38,666 bases of DNA from Folioceros fuciformis. Its lineage: Eukaryota. The notes beneath the pieces are model-generated. The model was given only the letters and a program-made list of their open reading frames with translations, did not search any database and was not told where the DNA came from. Positions 33,663 to 38,666 of the stretch are shown piece after piece. Where the stretch lies: contig JBNGIO010005507.1 in NCBI GenBank assembly GCA_049999805.1, positions 1 through 38,666 of the forward strand. Reading direction: 5' to 3'. Within the stretch, counting starts at the first letter, position 1. Each line of letters starts with the position of its first letter. The position numbers and the translations under genes were made by a program.

Positions 33663-35705
33663 ATGAGGGCCCTCCCGGAGCTGCTACTAGGAGTAACGGC
33701 AACTGGAGAGGGGGAAGGACCTCATGTCCCGAAGATAGATGTGGTCCTGTGGCCCAACATGGAGCACTGGAGGGTCAGAGCCGGAGGGATGGCTGAAGAG
33801 CTAGGCCTCGGGTTCATGACCCACAGGTGGAATCATGCAGCGCCGAGACTGGATAGGGAGTGCACCCTGAGGATGAGGGAGCCAGTCCGCAAAGAAGGGA
33901 TCAGAGGCAGAACCTAGAGCTGATAAGGCGGGTGTATGGCCGCGACCAAGAGGAGGAGGGAAGACTCGTGCTGGAGTCCTTGAAGAAGCGTAGCAGCACA
34001 GCGGCCGCCGAGGCGCTGTTCAAGCCGGGCACCAAACAGGAAGCCAACGAATGGCTGATTCGTGACATGGCCAATCCCCAGCTGATGGGCCTGGCTAGAT
34101 GGTTTTTGAGTTTCTTGCAGATTCGCAAGCAGGACTATTTGTCGGACCAAATGCTCCTGTTCGTGCACGAAGTCGTCAAGGGGAGTAAGGTAGATTGGGA
34201 AAAAATTCTGTATGCCAGGATTGATGAGGAGAGGCAAAATTTGACCCTGCCTTCTCCTCGACCTTCTATGATCTCCCCCCTTTTTGGTACATATTTATTG
34301 CTACGCTAACCTTATGTCTGAACTGGAGATACTCGCCTCGCTGCACATGTGGAGGCCGATAAGGGACGTGAAGTGGAAGCCCATCGAGCCATAGGAGGTC
34401 GACTCCAGCAGCTGAGAGTCGGGAGGCGGGGATAGTTTAGGAGAGGAGACCCCCACCAGGCAGAAGAGGAAGGCAGGGGCAGGAAAGAGGACTCCTGCCA
34501 AAAGGAGACAAGCTAGTGGGTAGGTCACCAGGAGAGGAAGCGGGTCGGCGCCATAAGAGGCAGCCCCGGAGTAGGCTGAACAAAAACCAGAGGATGTCCA
34601 GGAGCTAGCAAAGCAGGGGCAAGACAAAGAAGAGCCAGAGGCACCTCAAGAGCAGGTGCCATAAATGGAGATGGCCCCGCCTGAGGTCATGACCGAGTTA
34701 GGGCACGTTCCGGAACAGGAAGCCTTCCCAGGATGGGAAGAAATTTTTAGAAGAATCCCCCTGGTGGATAGGCTGCAGGCAGGGGAGCTGGAGAGGCTGT
34801 GAGCGCTGCTGGGGAGGCAAATCACAAAAAGGGGAATGGCCCCTGTAGAGTTGTAGGAGGTGGACCTGCCGGGACTGACCTCAACAATGGTGCAAGCACA
34901 AGCGGACCTACTGGACCAGGCGGCCAGGGCGCTGACCTGGCTGAGCATGGGGGCGGAGAGGGAGGCTGAGGCCCGGAGCAAGGAGGCGGAAGCAAGAGGG
35001 AAGAAGGCCGAAGCCTGGAGGCAGCTGGCGGAGTCCAAGATGGCACAGCGACTCCTGGAAGAAAAGTAGTGGGTCTTGAGTGAGGACAAGGCACAGGTGG
35101 AGGAAGAGGTGCGCCAAGCGAGGGCAGAGATACAAGCGCTGAAGGAACAATAGGGGACACTCCTAGCTCAGGTGAGGGAAGCCCATGAGACTAATATGGA
35201 GATGCAACAGGAGATGGCTAGGGCCCAGGAGCAGGAGATGGCCACAGTGGAACAAGTTCAGAAGCTGGTTGACAGGTACAAGCAAGAGCGGGACGAGGCC
35301 AGGGAGCGAGTAAAGGGCAAGGGCAAGGCTGGGCGAAGTAGTCGAACGGCAACACCGATAGCCGAAGGGGCTACTGGTAGTCGAGTGGCAACGCCGGTAG
35401 CTGAAGGGGCTACCGGTAGTCGTGCGACAATGGAGGTAGCCGAGGAGACTATCAGTAGAGGAGGGACGACGCCGGTAGCCGAAGCCCCGACCCCGGTAAT
35501 TGAAGAGGTGTTGGCAGAAGCTCTTGTGCCCAGACGCTCTAGAAGAGCAACTCGCGCCAGGAGGACTGAGCAGGGGGAAGTAGCAACTGGAGGGATGGAG
35601 GACCCTCTGGTACCCCAGGAGAGCAGGGGGCAGGCGACTCGAGGTAGCCCAAGGGAGGAAGGGGTAAGCACCTCCTTTACGACAGAGGGTCGGGTTGTGC
35701 TGTAG
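33663..35705 (+). pseudogene. Long degenerate retrotransposon accessory ORF, antisense to the PPT/LTR orientation: globular N-terminal domain, basic NLS-like linker, coiled coil
   Basis: Fragments 33663-33917 and 33860-34309 (..HEVVKGSKVDWEKILYARIDEE..), then one frame from ~34390 to 35705 with many TAG/TAA/TGA stops revertible to CAG/CAA/CGA; RQKRK..KRTPAKRR; E/A/R/Q-rich heptads at ~34860-35310. Confidence 0.65.
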
Positions 35706-36263
35706 TATGAGGAGGAGGCCACTTATGTGTCGGGCCTCTATGTGGAAGGAGCCTGAGTTCTGAAGTTGTTTTTGTATGTACGTATGGGCACAGGAGGGAC
35801 GCAAGGCTACGGCCTACAACTGAGGACCCGCAGGGGCATCTACTACTACCGCTGGCGGGTGTGGGGACTACCTCACTGCTATTCCGAGGCAGTCCTGGAG
35901 GAGTTGACAGAGGAGGAGGCGCAACAGTGGATTGAGCGGGAGCCTGTCCTCATCTTCAGCAATCGGCGACGGAGGGAGGAGGACCCATCTGCACTGCCGC
36001 CAACGAGGTCCAGCAGCAGCAGCAGTGAGGTGGAGGTACTTTGGGAGGACCTGCCTAACCAACGGCGAGGTAGGAGGGCCAGAGGCGGGCCAGTGAGGGG
36101 AGGAGCGCAACAGCCAGGAGGAAGGCGCTAGCGGCGAGGAGAGAGGTGATAGTAATTGCAGTCTAGGCTAGTTTTTTTTAGATTGCTTTTGCTTGGACCT
36201 AAGTTGCTCACCATTAAGAGCGCTGTCTGACCCCCCTGACAGACTTTATGGTGGAAGGGACTG

Positions 36264-36531
36264 CCACTACCGTGTACAAGAGGCCGGTTTGGGGCCTCAA
36301 GAAAGCAGCAAAAATCAGCCCAACATTCCAACCTTGCGGAAGCCTAACAATGGCCGTTGCTGGAAAGGGAGGTCCAGGCAAGCGAGCGCACGTAGTGTTT
36401 TGAGGGTGTGGTGTGCAGGTGGTGGTTGCTCCGTGACTGGAGTTTCGGGGACGAATCAGGAGGAGGAGCCTTGCCGAGTGGGAGTTGCGCTCCCCAGCTA
36501 TCCCCGTGACGGTCGCGTGGAGTGGTGAGAG
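36264..36531 (+). repeat. Left arm of a ~265 bp inverted repeat
   Basis: Reverse complement aligns to 37949-38215; shared blocks include ACATTCCAACCTTGCGGAAGCCTA and GGGAGGTCCAGGCAAG. Confidence 0.9.
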
Positions 36532-37948
36532 GACTTGTGGGGGATAATATTGCACCTAGGGATGCTGCGAGGTCCACACAAACCCTCTTTGTCGTTATAG
36601 CACTGGGATTCGATCCCAAGGGAATGAGTTGTGTCAAATAACATAGGTTTTCTCACAAAGTCAGTTACTACCCAAGGTTAGTCTTCTCTCACCTACCGCA
36701 TGGCTACTTACTATTCACTACCTCTACCCCGTTGCGACTAGGCTACCCCCGTCGCCCCTCAACTACCCTGACCCTGGACTACCTGACGGACTATTCGACT
36801 ACCAGGGGGGGCTCTTCAACTACCATCTCTCGGCTACCTCAGTGGGGTCCACTCCTTCTCTCTCTTCCCTCGCTCTCCCCTCTTCTCTCCCTCTCTCTTC
36901 TCTTTCTCTCTCTTAGCCCTAGGAACTTACCTCCATTCCGATTTCTCTCCACCCTTAACCTTCATATTGGGGGCCTTCACCTTCACCCACGGCCTCTCAA
37001 GCACACGCATACACATACACACAAGGTTCCTCTCTCTCACGGGCTCACACTTCTCCCCACGCTTCAGTCACACATGGACGCAGTTCTGCCGTCAGCCCTC
37101 AGGCATTTTGTCACAGCACATAGCCACCACCATTTCTCACCACCTTCCGCGCTCCAAACACCCCTTCCTCAGTCGCGCGCACACAATCAATGCCACATCT
37201 TCCAATCACCACAAAGAACGCGCACCCAGCTGCGCAGCGGCACCCTGGCTGAACACTTACCAGGATCTGACCCACTACCTGATCATACTTGAGTCACTCA
37301 TCCATTACTTCCTTCGCCACTCTAGCGACCTTTGTTCTATCACTGTTGCTACAATCTCACACAGCACTCTGCTCAATACCCGCTCTCACCCGGATCACAC
37401 CAACAGCACCTAACCACTCGGCCCCGATCCCCAAATCCGCTCTCACTCACACACCTTACTCAGGCACTTCTTGACACCGCACGTCACCACAATGCATGCT
37501 CAACTCACTTCCCCACTCAGCCGACACTCATATAGTCAATCCTTCCACCAGTCTTGAACTCGCCTTCACACGCTTAAGTACGCCGACTTTATCACATGTT
37601 CACATCTCGCTCACACTTCCGAACACACCTTTCACTTCCAAACTCGCAACCCCAACACCCAACTACACCAACTCTTCGTCTCCTCCCTTCGCGCTCGACC
37701 CGCTTGATTCCTTCTCATTGTCACATTCAAGGCTCAACACTTCTCGACTTTGCTCACTCTCGGACTCGGCCATCCCGGCCTTCTTTTCTCAATCGACACT
37801 CTCTTCTGCCGTCTCCCGGCTCTTTTTCTCCAACTCACCCACCTCGGGCTTTCTCCCTCTCTCGGAAAATGAAGGAATGGCGGAAACTCCAGAGGCTAAG
37901 GGAAGGTTTTTCACTTCCACTCCAAACTGGCAGATTCGGCCTCTTTTG

Positions 37949-38215
37949 CTCTCACCACTCTACGCGACGGTCAGCGGGATAGCTAGGGAGCGTATCTCCC
38001 ACTCGGCGAGGCTTCTCCTCCCGATTCATCCCCGAAACTTCGATCATGGAGCAGCCACCACCTGCACCCACACCCTTAGAACACTAAGTGCGCTCACTTG
38101 CCTGGACCTCCCTGTCCAGCAACGGCCATCGCTAGGCTTCCGCAAGGTTGGAATGTCGGGCTGGTTTTTATTGACTTTCCGAGGCCCCAAACCGACCTCT
38201 TGTACACGATTGTGG
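37949..38215 (-). repeat. Right arm of a ~265 bp inverted repeat
   Basis: Matches the left arm; ORF-track peptides LSPLHATVTGIAGERNSHSARLLL (-) and LSPLYATVSGIARERISHSARLLL (+) show the homology. Confidence 0.9.
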
Positions 38216-38666
38216 ACTCCACATGCTGAATAGGTCCTTGGAAAATGGTAGGATTTCTCTTTTTGGGAATCTCTAAGTGAACCCTGTGGTGAAATGGTTA
38301 AAAGATTAGGTTAGATTAGTAGCTAGATTAGTGGTGAGGCGAGGCGCGTCTTTGAAGGGTTGCTGGAATGATATGAGAGAAGGGATGGAATGATTTGAGA
38401 GAGGAGGGAGAGTATTGAGAGGCACTGACCATTTTGGTAGTCTTGAGAGGTTGGTCAATTTTGGTAAGGGCACCCAGTGGTGTCCATGGGACACAACCCC
38501 TATTAGGTCAGAACTAGGTTTGGGTCAAAGTTAGGGTTAGGTCAGAGTTAGGTTAAGGTTAGAACTAGGGGCGGCTTAGGTCAGAGAGATTGCTGGGTGG
38601 TTGACTGAGGCTAACCCTAATAGATAGAGATGGAGGTTTGGGCCAAGGTAGTATAAGAGGCTAGAC

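Noticed and set aside
36732-37900. Ser/His/Thr/Leu-rich plus-strand ORFs
   Set aside because: Explained by C/T/A compositional skew; no recognisable domain
38500-38625. Telomere-like TTAGGG/GGTTAG motifs
   Set aside because: Too degenerate and interspersed to call an interstitial telomeric array

Overview
Eukaryotic land-plant nuclear DNA from a draft scaffold with N gaps. Tight gene packing and mostly 70-250 bp introns suggest a compact non-seed-plant genome (hornwort- or lycophyte-like; this is inference). The first ~25 kb is gene-dense. It holds a BRI1/BRL-family (BRL2-like) LRR receptor kinase with an island domain, DENR/TMA22, a BRE1/HUB H2B ubiquitin ligase, the chloroplast Holliday-junction resolvase MOC1, a C-terminal TPR protein, a decayed PIF/Harbinger transposon with tandem repeats, and an RlmI-like rRNA methyltransferase. 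From ~24.8 kb the window is decayed transposon sequence: a compound (CAATG)n minisatellite, a SWIM/MULE remnant, a truncated Copia with a short 3' LTR, a Tnt1-like gag-protease fragment, the 3' end of a minus-strand LTR element with a long antisense ORF, and a ~265 bp inverted repeat. The most notable observations are the intron-containing BRL-type receptor with a kinase insertion, and a decayed, apparently spliced antisense gene between Copia RNase H and its PPT. Exon coordinates were read by hand; family assignments come from recalled motifs, not database searches.
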